A DNA stretch of 64,000 bases from PVC group bacterium. GTDB lineage: Bacteria; Omnitrophota; Gorgyraeia; B26-G9. How positions within the stretch are numbered: position 1 is the stretch's first letter; the number at the start of each line of letters is the position of its first letter. Location of the stretch: positions 298,488-362,487 of the forward strand of contig JAAEQR010000195.1 of the NCBI GenBank assembly GCA_024231215.1, in the 5' to 3' direction. The notes below the pieces were generated by a model. It saw nothing but the letters and a program-made list of their open reading frames with translations. It had not been told where the DNA came from and made no database searches. Both the position numbers and the translations under genes were made by a program. This document shows, in pieces, positions 1-9,281 of this stretch.

Positions 1-537
1 TCCGGGGGGCCATATTTAGGGTTTATGGCGGCGAAAAAAGAATATGTGCGGAAAATGCCAGGTCGGATAGTTGGTCAGACACTGGATAAGCAAGGTAAAA
101 AAGGTTTTGTGCTTACTCTTCAAGCTCGGGAACAGCATATTCGCAGAGAAAAGGCTACTTCAAATATTTGTTCAAATGAAGCATTGTGTGCATTACGTGC
201 GGTGGTTTATCTTTCTCTTTTAGGTAAAGAGGGGGTTAGGGAATTGGCTGAAACAGTTTATCGAACTGCTGAGTTTGCCAAAGATATTTTAGATAAGGTT
301 CAGGGGGTAACGGTTAAGCGAAGTTCTCCGACATTTAATGAATTCACGATATTGTTGCCTAAGAACGCTAATGAGGTAGTTAACCAGATGGTTGATAAGG
401 GCTTTGCCTGTGGATTTCCCTTAGGACGTTTTTATAAAGGTCTGGATAATTATTTATTGGTAACGGTTACGGAAAAAAGGACAAAAGAAGAAATTATAAA
501 GTTTGCGGAAAGTTTAGAGGCTGTTTTATGCAGTTAA
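1..537 (+). CDS. gcvPA: glycine dehydrogenase (decarboxylating) subunit 1, C-terminal part (gene begins upstream of window)
   Basis: ORF runs in frame from position 1. The C-terminal motifs match GcvPA and gcvPB follows immediately. Confidence 0.8.
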   Translation, partial: SGGPYLGFMAAKKEYVRKMPGRIVGQTLDKQGKKGFVLTLQAREQHIRREKATSNICSNEALCALRAVVYLSLLGKEGVRELAETVYRTAEFAKDILDKVQGVTVKRSSPTFNEFTILLPKNANEVVNQMVDKGFACGFPLGRFYKGLDNYLLVTVTEKRTKEEIIKFAESLEAVLCS

Positions 538-1979
538 TATTTGAGAAAAGTGTGAAGGAACGCAGAGGAGTAAGATTACCTAAAGGGTGTTCTTATGAAA
601 AAGCGAAGTTTCCTGAAAAATATAGCCGTAAGAAAGCATTGAATCTGCCGGAAGTTTCTGAGCTGGATGTGGTTCGTCATTATTCTAATTTATCAAAAAT
701 GAATTTTAGCGTGGATACCAATTTTTATCCTTTGGGATCATGTACAATGAAATATAATCCGAAATTTACGGAAAAGGTAGCGAAATTAGAAGGGTTTTTA
801 AACTTACATCCATTACTTCCGCAGCTTATTGGTGGTGGGATGCTTACTCAGGGATCTTTGGAAGTTGTATATCGTACGGAACATTTACTGTGTGAAATTA
901 CGGGCATGGAAGCTTTTACTATGCAGCCTTTAGCCGGAGCACACGGAGAACTTACCGGAGCGATGATCATCGCGGCTTATCACAAACAGCAAGGGCGAAA
1001 GCGAAAATTTGTTATTGTGCCTGATTCTTCGCATGGAACTAATCCTGCCAGCGCAGCGATTGCCGGTTATGAAGTTATTGTTGTTCCGACGGATGAAACC
1101 GGATGTATGGATTTAACATTGTTTAAAGAAAAACTTAATGAAGATATTGCAGCAGTAATGTTGACTTGTCCTAACACAGTGGGTGTTTTTAATCCGCAAA
1201 TAAAAGAAATTTGTGACGCAGCACATAAAGTAGGTGCTTTAGTGTATTATGATGGTGCTAATTTAAATGCGATTATGGGTAAGGCACGGCCGGGAGATAT
1301 TGGTTTTGATATTGTGCATGTTAATTTGCATAAGACTTTTGCTACTCCTCATGGCGGCGGCGGTCCGGGAGCAGGTCCGGTAGGTGTTAATGCTAAATTA
1401 AAGGAATTTTTGCCTATTCCTCAGATTGTAAAGCGCTCTGACGGCACATTTGCCTTAAGGTATAATCGTCCGAAATCGATTGGGTTTATGGCTCCGTTTA
1501 ATGGTAATTTCAGCGTGATTCTTAAGAGCTATGCATATATAATGCTTCTGGGAAAAACCGGCTTGATAAAAGTTTCTGAAATGGCGGTATTAAACGCAAA
1601 TTATTGTCGTGTATTGCTTGAAAAACATTTTAAAATTGCCTATGACAGAATATGTATGCATGAATTTGTAATATCAGCTCAACCGCAAAAGGAAAAGGGA
1701 GCAAGTGCACTTGATATTGCAAAATATTTGATAGAGAAAGGAATACATCCTCCTACGGTTTATTTTCCTTTGATTGTAAAAGAAGCGCTTATGATCGAAC
1801 CCACAGAGACAGAATCAAAAGAAACTCTGGATTCTTTTGTCGAAGTTATGATTGAAATTGCGAAGCTTATTGAGAAAGACCCTCAGCAGCTTAGCGATGT
1901 TCCCCGGAACACTCCGGTTACCAGGCTTGACGAGACAAAGGCAGCACGCGATCTTAACCTGCGGTGGAAATCGGAATGA
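528..1979 (+). CDS. gcvPB: glycine dehydrogenase (decarboxylating) subunit 2
   Basis: 483 aa with a PLP-dependent fold. It overlaps the gcvPA end by 10 nt in the typical operon arrangement. Confidence 0.88.
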   Translation: MQLIFEKSVKERRGVRLPKGCSYEKAKFPEKYSRKKALNLPEVSELDVVRHYSNLSKMNFSVDTNFYPLGSCTMKYNPKFTEKVAKLEGFLNLHPLLPQLIGGGMLTQGSLEVVYRTEHLLCEITGMEAFTMQPLAGAHGELTGAMIIAAYHKQQGRKRKFVIVPDSSHGTNPASAAIAGYEVIVVPTDETGCMDLTLFKEKLNEDIAAVMLTCPNTVGVFNPQIKEICDAAHKVGALVYYDGANLNAIMGKARPGDIGFDIVHVNLHKTFATPHGGGGPGAGPVGVNAKLKEFLPIPQIVKRSDGTFALRYNRPKSIGFMAPFNGNFSVILKSYAYIMLLGKTGLIKVSEMAVLNANYCRVLLEKHFKIAYDRICMHEFVISAQPQKEKGASALDIAKYLIEKGIHPPTVYFPLIVKEALMIEPTETESKETLDSFVEVMIEIAKLIEKDPQQLSDVPRNTPVTRLDETKAARDLNLRWKSE

Positions 1980-2797
1980 CCAATTGGCGGCTTATATTAT
2001 CCCAAAACAATACCCCACATGCTAATATGGCAACGGATGAAGCTATTCTGAAGGCGTATGCTGCCGGTAAAGCACCCCCCACTTTAAGAATTTACAGCTG
2101 GAAACCAGAGAGCATTTCATTGGGGTATTTTCAAAAAGCAAAAGAAGTATTAAATACGAAACGATGTCTTGACCAGAGTGTGCTTTTTGTGCGTAGAATT
2201 ACCGGAGGAGAGGCTATTTTTCATGGAGATGATCTTACGTACAGCATTATATGCTCGAAAGATGATTTGGTTTTACCCGAGTCAGTAAAAGAAAGTTTTA
2301 AAACGATTTCTTCTTTTCTAATTAATGCTTATAAAGCTATGGGGTTAGAAGCTGCTTTTTCTTGTGAGAATCAAGATGTAGTTGCGCCAATTATGTTTGA
2401 GTCAAGAAAACGATCTGATTTTTGTTTTGCGGCTAATCAGGACTTTGATATTACGATAAAAGGAAAAAAGATAGGCGGCAATGCACAAAAAAGAAGAAGA
2501 AACATGATTTTTCAACACGGTTCTATTCCTTTATCTTTGGATATTAATAGGATATCGTTATTTTTAAGAGAAAACTTAAAGGATGTAAAGGATCGTGTTA
2601 TTTCCCTGAGCGATGCGGCTGGTAGAAAGATCAGTTTTGATGATTTTTCGGAAATAATCATTAAATCATTTCAGAAAACATTCGGATTGGAACTTAATAT
2701 TGATAAACTGACGGATGAAGAATTGCAGGTTGCAAATACATTGAGCAGAGAAAAGTACGAAAATAAAGAATGGAACTATTCAGCCGATTATGATTAA
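1976..2797 (+). CDS. lipoate-protein ligase / octanoyltransferase (BPL/LPL catalytic domain)
   Basis: Motifs 'TLRIYSWKPESISLGYFQ' and 'GGNAQKR' typical of the LplA/LipM family. The ATG overlaps the gcvPB stop (ATGA); the ORF-track start at 1964 is less likely. Confidence 0.75.
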   Translation: MTNWRLILSQNNTPHANMATDEAILKAYAAGKAPPTLRIYSWKPESISLGYFQKAKEVLNTKRCLDQSVLFVRRITGGEAIFHGDDLTYSIICSKDDLVLPESVKESFKTISSFLINAYKAMGLEAAFSCENQDVVAPIMFESRKRSDFCFAANQDFDITIKGKKIGGNAQKRRRNMIFQHGSIPLSLDINRISLFLRENLKDVKDRVISLSDAAGRKISFDDFSEIIIKSFQKTFGLELNIDKLTDEELQVANTLSREKYENKEWNYSADYD

Positions 2798-3644
2798 TCT
2801 TTCCGATTCCAGAAAGAAACCTGCCTGGCTTAATAAGAAAATAAACCTTAAAGATTGTCAAAAGCTTCATGGACTTTTTAAAGACCTGGAATTAAATACA
2901 ATTTGCCGGGAAGCTATGTGTCCAAATATCTCTGAGTGTTTTTCTTGCGGTGTGGCAACTTTTCTTATTCTGGGGAATACTTGTACCAGAAAGTGTAAGT
3001 TTTGTAATGTAAAAAAGGGGATGCCTCAGGAAATTGACCAGACAGAACCAAGTCGTGTAGCTCAGGCTGTAAAAAAACTAGGGTTAAAACATGTAGTTGT
3101 TACCAGTGTGACCAGGGATGATTTAACGGACGGCGGAGCTGGTGTATTTGCGCAGACGATTCAGACTATTCATAAGCTTGAATCTGCAGCAGTAGAAGTA
3201 CTTGTGCCTGATTTTAAGGGGGAATTAGCGTCTATAGAAACTGTGCTTAAGGCAAAGCCTGAGATATTCGCACATAACTTAGAAACAGTTCCTAGGTTAT
3301 ATGAAGACGTAAGAAAAGGCGCAGATTATCAGCGTTCTTTAGATGTTTTAAGAATAGCTAAGCAAATAGCTCCTGAGATATATACGAAATCAGGGATCAT
3401 GCTTGGAATCGGCGAGACAGAAGAAGAAGTGATTGCTGTCTTAGCTGATTTGCGAGAAACAGGATGTGATTTTCTAAGTATCGGTCAGTATTTAGCGCCC
3501 AGCCACAGTCATTTTCCGGTAAAAGAATTTATCAAGCCGGAACAATTTAAAATATATCAGGATAAAGCATATGAGATAGGTTTTTGGCATGTGGAGAGTG
3601 GGCCTTATGTGCGCAGTTCATATATGGCTTCGCGATATATTTAG
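2790..3644 (+). CDS. lipA: lipoyl synthase
   Basis: Radical-SAM CxxxCxxC ('CTRKCKFC') plus N-terminal Cys cluster; length and C-terminus typical of LipA. Confidence 0.88.
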   Translation: MINLSDSRKKPAWLNKKINLKDCQKLHGLFKDLELNTICREAMCPNISECFSCGVATFLILGNTCTRKCKFCNVKKGMPQEIDQTEPSRVAQAVKKLGLKHVVVTSVTRDDLTDGGAGVFAQTIQTIHKLESAAVEVLVPDFKGELASIETVLKAKPEIFAHNLETVPRLYEDVRKGADYQRSLDVLRIAKQIAPEIYTKSGIMLGIGETEEEVIAVLADLRETGCDFLSIGQYLAPSHSHFPVKEFIKPEQFKIYQDKAYEIGFWHVESGPYVRSSYMASRYI

Positions 3645-3743
3645 GGAGTGCTGCTAAATACCCACAAAAATGCCTTGTATCGGGCTTAGTGAAAAGACGT
3701 GTTTTTGCGCTTTAGATATGTGCGTGGTTTAATTATTTTTATC

Positions 3744-4580
3744 CTACAATTTTTTAATCTCTGCTACGACTGCTTTTGTGGTTTCATCCGGGGTGGATGC
3801 TCCGGAGGTGATGCCTACACTTTTCACACCTTTAAACCAGCTTGGGTTGATATCATTTTTTGATTGTATCCAATAACTTTTTTTATTCAAAGATTTTGAT
3901 AGTTCATAAAGCCTTTTAGTGTTGGCGCTAGTTTTTGATCCCACGACAATTACAAGATCATTTTTAAGAGGCATGATTTTCATTTCCTGTTGTTTGATTC
4001 GGGTGGGATTACAGATTGTATTGTGAAATTCTAAATTGGCTATGTATTGTTTTAAGGTTTCTACTATTGCCAGAGTTTTTTCCATATTCCTTGTCGATTG
4101 AACAACTATTGCGGCTTTTTTTATGCGTTTAATTTTTGTTAAGGGTATGTTTTCTAAACGATCGATTACAATGGGATTTTTTTTAAGCTGGCCGATAATC
4201 CCGCGAACTTCATCATGTTTTTGGTCGCCAACAATAATGATTGTACAACCTTTTTTTTCTGCCTTTTTGGCAATCATGTGTATTTCTTTTACCATGGGGC
4301 AGGTTGAATCGATTATTTTATAGCCAAGGCTTTTTGCTTTTTGATGGGTTTTTGCCGGAGCACCGTGTGCGCGGATTAAAAGAGTTTTGCTTGCCCCTTT
4401 GCGCAGGCGGCTTATTTTTTTTATGCCGGCCTGGCTGATTTGTTTTACGACATCTTCGTTATGTACAATGTCACCAAGCATATCTATATTCGCGCCTGAA
4501 TCAACTGATTTAAAAGCGATATTTAAGGCGTGTTTTACGCCAAAACAGAATCCTGCGGATTTAGCAATATTTATCTTCAT
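3744..4580 (-). CDS. ispH: 4-hydroxy-3-methylbut-2-enyl diphosphate reductase
   Basis: 278 aa with an 'AGFCFGVKHA' N-terminus and three-repeat LytB architecture. Confidence 0.85.
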   Translation of the reverse strand: MKINIAKSAGFCFGVKHALNIAFKSVDSGANIDMLGDIVHNEDVVKQISQAGIKKISRLRKGASKTLLIRAHGAPAKTHQKAKSLGYKIIDSTCPMVKEIHMIAKKAEKKGCTIIIVGDQKHDEVRGIIGQLKKNPIVIDRLENIPLTKIKRIKKAAIVVQSTRNMEKTLAIVETLKQYIANLEFHNTICNPTRIKQQEMKIMPLKNDLVIVVGSKTSANTKRLYELSKSLNKKSYWIQSKNDINPSWFKGVKSVGITSGASTPDETTKAVVAEIKKL

Positions 4581-4634
4581 ATATGTTTCTTGTTATATCA
4601 GAGGGGCTTATCACTGTCAAGCGGTATATAGGCC

Positions 4635-4690
4635 TTGACAAGTCTCGTGAAATATGTTAGACTTGCCTAACATAGGAAGGTAAGCCTAAC
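4635..4690 (+). promoter_or_regulatory. sigma70-like promoter (TTGACA 4635-4640, TAGACT 4658-4663) overlapped by a DtxR/IdeR-box-like palindrome (ATGTTAGacttgcCTAACAT, 4654-4673); a second half-site-like TAAGCCTAAC lies at 4681-4690
   Basis: Read directly from the sequence: 14 of 19 positions match the iron box TTAGGTTAGCCTAACCTAA. The site sits in front of the dtxR-feoAB operon. Confidence 0.5.
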
Positions 4691-4707
4691 TTTAGGAGTG
4701 GATTGAT

Positions 4708-5109
4708 ATGAAAATAAAGACAGTAAAGAGATTAAGTTCGAACATGGAAGATTATTTAGAAACGATTGTATCTCTAAAAAAATCTAAAGGCATAGCGCGG
4801 GTAAAAGATATTAGTGATTTGATGAAAGTAAAAAAGCCGAGTGTGACCAGTGCTTTAAATATGCTTTCTCAGAATGGGTTGGTTATTCACGAGAGGTATA
4901 GTTATGTTGAGCTTACCGAAGAAGGGGAAAGGGTCGCTCAGAATGTGCAGAAGCGTCATAATATGCTGATTAGTTTCTTGGTTGATGTTCTTAAGGTTGA
5001 TGAGCAGACTGCGGCAAAAGATGCTTGCCGTATGGAGCATGCGATTAGTCCTCAAACACATGAAAAATTAAATAAATTTTTAGATAAAGTAAAACGGAGG
5101 AAATCATAA
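4708..5109 (+). CDS. DtxR/MntR-family metal-dependent transcriptional repressor
   Basis: N-terminal HTH 'MEDYLETI...ARVKDIS' and DtxR dimerisation region; first gene of the feoAB operon. Confidence 0.8.
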   Translation: MKIKTVKRLSSNMEDYLETIVSLKKSKGIARVKDISDLMKVKKPSVTSALNMLSQNGLVIHERYSYVELTEEGERVAQNVQKRHNMLISFLVDVLKVDEQTAAKDACRMEHAISPQTHEKLNKFLDKVKRRKS

Positions 5110-5342
5110 TGGCAGATGCATTGATGCCTTTATTTAATGTGCCGGAGGGGAAGGAAGTAACAGTAACCGAGATTGGTGGAGGCCAGGCTTTAAGAAGACG
5201 TCTTACGGCTATGGGGTTGAATGAGGGCGTGAAATTAAAAGTATTACATTCTCATGGCCGGGGGGCTTGTGTGATTTTAGTGCAAAATACACGTTTGATG
5301 CTGGGGCATGGGATGGCACATAAAATTATGGTAAAAGGATAA
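5109..5342 (+). CDS. feoA: ferrous iron transport protein A
   Basis: 77 aa SH3-like FeoA located immediately before feoB. Confidence 0.8.
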   Translation: MADALMPLFNVPEGKEVTVTEIGGGQALRRRLTAMGLNEGVKLKVLHSHGRGACVILVQNTRLMLGHGMAHKIMVKG

Positions 5343-5346
5343 AATT

Positions 5347-7482
5347 ATGGCTAAGAAAATAACCATAGCTTTAGCAGGTAATCCGAATTCCGGAAAGACT
5401 ACCGTGTTTAATAATCTTACCGGTCAACACAGGCATATTGGGAATTATCCGGGAGTAACGGTCGAAAAAATAGAGGGCCGGCTAAATTACAATGGGTATC
5501 AGATAAGAGTAATTGATTTGCCCGGTACGTATAGTTTGACAGCACATTCGATTGATGAAATCATTGCCCGCAATTTTGTCTTAGAAGAAAAACCGGATGT
5601 TGTTATTAATATTATTGATGCTTCTAATCTGGAACGCAACTTATATCTTACAACTCAGTTTATGGAATTAGGAGTGCCGTTAGTTCTGGTCTTGAATATG
5701 TATGATGTTGCGCAAAAACACGGAGTAACTGTTAATGAGCAGCGTTTTTCGGAACTTTTAGGTAATCCTGTTGTTTTTAGTGTAGCGACAAAAAAAGAAA
5801 GGATGCATGCGTTTCTGGATGCGGCAATTGATTTGGTTGAGGGCAAGAACATATTTGCAAAGACATCGATTGGATATGGGGCAGACATCCAGGCTGAGCT
5901 GAAGAAGATAGAAGATGTTTTAGTCCAGGATAAACTTATCTTGGAAAAATATCCTTCTTCCTGGTTAGCTATAAAACTATTGGAGAAAGATGACGAAGTT
6001 TTAAGAAAGATAAAGAAAAGCAAGTATGCGGATGAAGTTCTGGAACAGTCAGAGCAAAGCATCCAGTATCTGGAGGGTATTTTTAATGATACCCCGGAAG
6101 CGATAATCGCTGATGGCCGCTATGGATTTATTAGCGGGGCATGTTCAGAAGCGGTAGGTCTCAATTATGAATTAAGACATAGTGTTTCTGATAAGATAGA
6201 TGGTTTTTTGATAAATAAATTTTTAGGTCTTCCGATCTTTCTGGGATTGATGTGGATTGTGTTTAAACTGACATTTACGGTAAGTATCCCGCTTATGAAT
6301 TTGATTGAATCAGGCGTGGGGGGCGTTGCTGCGTTAGTTGGTAGTTTATTCCCGGCGGAAACAGCTTTAAAATCGTTAATTGTTGATGGGGTTATTTCCG
6401 GGGTGGGAAGTGTTTTGGTATTCTTGCCGATAATATTGATTGTATTTTTAGCCATGGCCTTTTTAGAAGGGTCAGGTTATATGGCGCGGGCAGCATTTAT
6501 TATGGACAGATTAATGCATAAGATTGGATTACACGGCAGATCTTTTATCCCTATGCTTTTAGGTTTTGGTTGTAATGTTCCGGCGATTATGGCGGCACGG
6601 TCAATAGAAGACAAGAAAGACCGGATGGTCACTATATTAGTGAATTCATTTATGAGCTGCGGAGCACGTTTGCCGGTATATGCCTTATTTATTGCTGCAT
6701 TTTTCCCTCAGGATATGGCGGGCAATGTTTTATTTTCTCTTTATCTGCTAGGGATGTTGGTAGCGGTTCTGATCGCTAAACTTTTTAGAAAATATTTATT
6801 TCGTGGTGAAGCAGCACCTTTTGTTATGGAACTTCCGCCATACCGTATGCCGACGGTGAAAAGTATTTTGATTCATATGTGGGACAAGGCGGCGATGTAT
6901 CTTAAAAAAGCCGGGACAATTATTTTTGCCGGGTGTGTTATTGTTTGGTTTTTGAGTAATTATCCTCAGGATGTTTCTTATTCTCGGAATTATGATGCTT
7001 TGCTGCAGTCGCAAAAAGGTTATATTGAACAGATTGTGGAATTGGAAAAACAAAGAGAAGCTGAAAAACTGAAAAAAAGTTACGCTGGTTCATTGGGCAG
7101 ACTTACGGTTCCTATTTTTCGTCCGCTGGGATTCGGTGACTGGAGACTGTCGGTAGCTTTGATTAGTGGTATTGTTGGCAAGGAAATTGTTGTTGGGACG
7201 TTGGGAACATTATATGCGGTAGGAGATGATTCTGCGGCATTAGGCCGTGCTTTAAGGAATATAGAAAGGACTGACGGAAGTAAGTTGTTTACGCCTTTGG
7301 TCGCATATTCATTTATGGTGTTTGTTTTGCTTTATATACCCTGCATGGCAACTATTGCAGTGATTAAACAAGAAACAAATTCCTGGCTCTGGGCATTGTT
7401 TGCGGTTTTTTATACAACGGGAGTGGCTTGGGTAGCTTCGTTTGTTATTTATCAAGGCGGGAGACTTATTGGGTTTCAATAA
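5347..7482 (+). CDS. feoB: ferrous iron transporter B
   Basis: N-terminal G-domain 'GNPNSGKTTVFNNLTG' followed by a polytopic Gate-domain membrane region. Confidence 0.9.
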   Translation: MAKKITIALAGNPNSGKTTVFNNLTGQHRHIGNYPGVTVEKIEGRLNYNGYQIRVIDLPGTYSLTAHSIDEIIARNFVLEEKPDVVINIIDASNLERNLYLTTQFMELGVPLVLVLNMYDVAQKHGVTVNEQRFSELLGNPVVFSVATKKERMHAFLDAAIDLVEGKNIFAKTSIGYGADIQAELKKIEDVLVQDKLILEKYPSSWLAIKLLEKDDEVLRKIKKSKYADEVLEQSEQSIQYLEGIFNDTPEAIIADGRYGFISGACSEAVGLNYELRHSVSDKIDGFLINKFLGLPIFLGLMWIVFKLTFTVSIPLMNLIESGVGGVAALVGSLFPAETALKSLIVDGVISGVGSVLVFLPIILIVFLAMAFLEGSGYMARAAFIMDRLMHKIGLHGRSFIPMLLGFGCNVPAIMAARSIEDKKDRMVTILVNSFMSCGARLPVYALFIAAFFPQDMAGNVLFSLYLLGMLVAVLIAKLFRKYLFRGEAAPFVMELPPYRMPTVKSILIHMWDKAAMYLKKAGTIIFAGCVIVWFLSNYPQDVSYSRNYDALLQSQKGYIEQIVELEKQREAEKLKKSYAGSLGRLTVPIFRPLGFGDWRLSVALISGIVGKEIVVGTLGTLYAVGDDSAALGRALRNIERTDGSKLFTPLVAYSFMVFVLLYIPCMATIAVIKQETNSWLWALFAVFYTTGVAWVASFVIYQGGRLIGFQ

Positions 7483-7539
7483 TAATTTTTATACAGTTTA
7501 ACATTGAACAAAAAGGTTTATACTGATATTATAGTTACC

Positions 7540-8322
7540 ATGAAAAAAATATTTAGTTTCACATTTTTACTATTGTTAAGTTTAATCCTTAGTTCTTGTG
7601 TTAGTACGGCGACACAGCCGCCGGTAACAAGCACACCTGTTCCTAAATCAGTTTATCGACCGCCCTCACCTAAACTTGTTACTCCTCCGAATATTACTTC
7701 TGTTAGAAAAAATATTACTCATGTTGTTGCTCCGGGAGAAACAGTATGGCGTATAAGCAAGATGTATGATGTTCAGATAAAAGATATCGTCAGGGCAAAT
7801 AGTCTTAAGAACGAGAGAGAATTGGAAATGGGGCAGCGGTTGCGTATTCCTGGTGCTTGTCCGGTAAAACCAATAATCTCTTTATATCCTTCTAAAAAAT
7901 GGAAATATATTATTATTCATCACAGTGCTACAGGTGAGGGAGGAGCATTACAATTTCATCGGGGGCATACAAGTAAGGGCTGGGATAGTTTAGGGTATCA
8001 TTTTGTGATTGATAATGGTACCAGCAGTAAATGTGACGGACAGATAGAAACTTCACCGCGATGGCTTAAACAGCAGAACGGTGCGCATTGCAAGGCCGCA
8101 AGCATGAACCATAAAGCAATCGGGATATGTCTGGTGGGTAATTTCAGCAAAGAGCGTGTTACAAAAAAACAGATGGAATCATTGCTTTATCTGGTTAACC
8201 AATTAAAAAAATACTATAAAATACCGCGTCGGAATATCATAGGACACGGAAAGGTCAAAGGGGCAACAACTGAATGTCCCGGCAAAAAATTCCCCTGGAA
8301 AACTTTTTGGTCTAACCTTTAG
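7540..8322 (+). CDS. lipoprotein: LysM domain + N-acetylmuramoyl-L-alanine amidase (amidase_2/PGRP fold)
   Basis: Lipobox 'LLLSLILSSC', LysM 'ETVWRISKMYDVQIKDIVRAN', and amidase_2 motifs 'IIHHSAT...GYHFVID...ECPG'. The ATG at 7540 is preferred over the TTG at 7504. Confidence 0.75.
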   Translation: MKKIFSFTFLLLLSLILSSCVSTATQPPVTSTPVPKSVYRPPSPKLVTPPNITSVRKNITHVVAPGETVWRISKMYDVQIKDIVRANSLKNERELEMGQRLRIPGACPVKPIISLYPSKKWKYIIIHHSATGEGGALQFHRGHTSKGWDSLGYHFVIDNGTSSKCDGQIETSPRWLKQQNGAHCKAASMNHKAIGICLVGNFSKERVTKKQMESLLYLVNQLKKYYKIPRRNIIGHGKVKGATTECPGKKFPWKTFWSNL

Positions 8323-8330
8323 TTTCTTTT

Positions 8331-9248
8331 ATGCAAAAATATTATTATTCCTTCAAAGATTATCTCGCTCAACAGTTTAATACTCGTGTCCATAGAATTA
8401 GTTTGAATGCGGGTTTTAGCTGTCCTAACCGTGACGGAACTTTAAGCAGTCAAGGGTGTGTTTTTTGTAATGAAAAAGGATTTTCTCATTTTGCAGAGAC
8501 AAATTTTGCGCTTGAAGAACAAATTGGGAAATCTATGGATATATTTCGCTATCGGTTTAAAGCGAATAAATTTATTGCTTATTTTCAAAATGGGTCTAAT
8601 ACCTACGCGGACGCCAAGGACTTAAAAAAAAAGTATGATGTTATAAAAACATTTCCTGATATTGTGGGATTGATGATCTCTACCCGCCCTGATTGTATCG
8701 ATAAAGAAAAATTGGATCTTATCCAAAGTTATACCGATAAATATGATGTTTGGATCGAGTATGGAATACAAAGTATTCATGACCGCACGCTGGATTTCAT
8801 TAACCGGAAGCATTCTGCACAGCAGTTTATAGAGGCAGTAGAACAAACTGCTAAAAGAAACATAAAGATAAGTGCGCATGTTATTTTAGGCCTTCCCGGA
8901 GAATCGAAATCAGATATGCTCAAGACGGCTGATGTTTTGGCAAAACTTCCGATTACAGGTGTTAAGCTGCATGTTATGCATATCTTGCGGGATACTAAGC
9001 TGCATGTTCTTTATGAGCAGGGGGGTATGAAATTATTAGAGTCTCAGGAATATATAGATATTGTTTGCGATTGGCTGGAACGTATATCTTCTGATTGTGT
9101 GATTATGCGTTTGGGGGCTATTGCCGGTAGAGATGTTCTTATTGCTCCAAAATGGATCAACCTAAAACAGAACATGTTGCAGAATATAGAGTTGGAATTT
9201 AAACGTAGGGGGACAATGCAGGGAAGTAAATATAAGGGCAAGGGGTAG
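8331..9248 (+). CDS. radical SAM protein, TIGR01212 family
   Basis: 'GFSCPNRDGTLSSQGCVFCN' cluster signature of the TIGR01212 (YhcC-like) radical-SAM family. Confidence 0.7.
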   Translation: MQKYYYSFKDYLAQQFNTRVHRISLNAGFSCPNRDGTLSSQGCVFCNEKGFSHFAETNFALEEQIGKSMDIFRYRFKANKFIAYFQNGSNTYADAKDLKKKYDVIKTFPDIVGLMISTRPDCIDKEKLDLIQSYTDKYDVWIEYGIQSIHDRTLDFINRKHSAQQFIEAVEQTAKRNIKISAHVILGLPGESKSDMLKTADVLAKLPITGVKLHVMHILRDTKLHVLYEQGGMKLLESQEYIDIVCDWLERISSDCVIMRLGAIAGRDVLIAPKWINLKQNMLQNIELEFKRRGTMQGSKYKGKG

Positions 9249-9281
9249 TATTGTAGGGGAATTCTGTGTATAATATTAGCT

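Noticed and set aside
4123-4638. Three + strand ORFs (66-83 aa) inside the ispH locus; similar short antisense ORFs lie inside feoB (5655-6062, 6165-6455, 6796-7053) and many other genes in the ORF track
   Set aside because: They are fully nested antisense to long ORFs with strong homology, have no RBS, and their composition is mirror-image. They are ordinary shadow ORFs.
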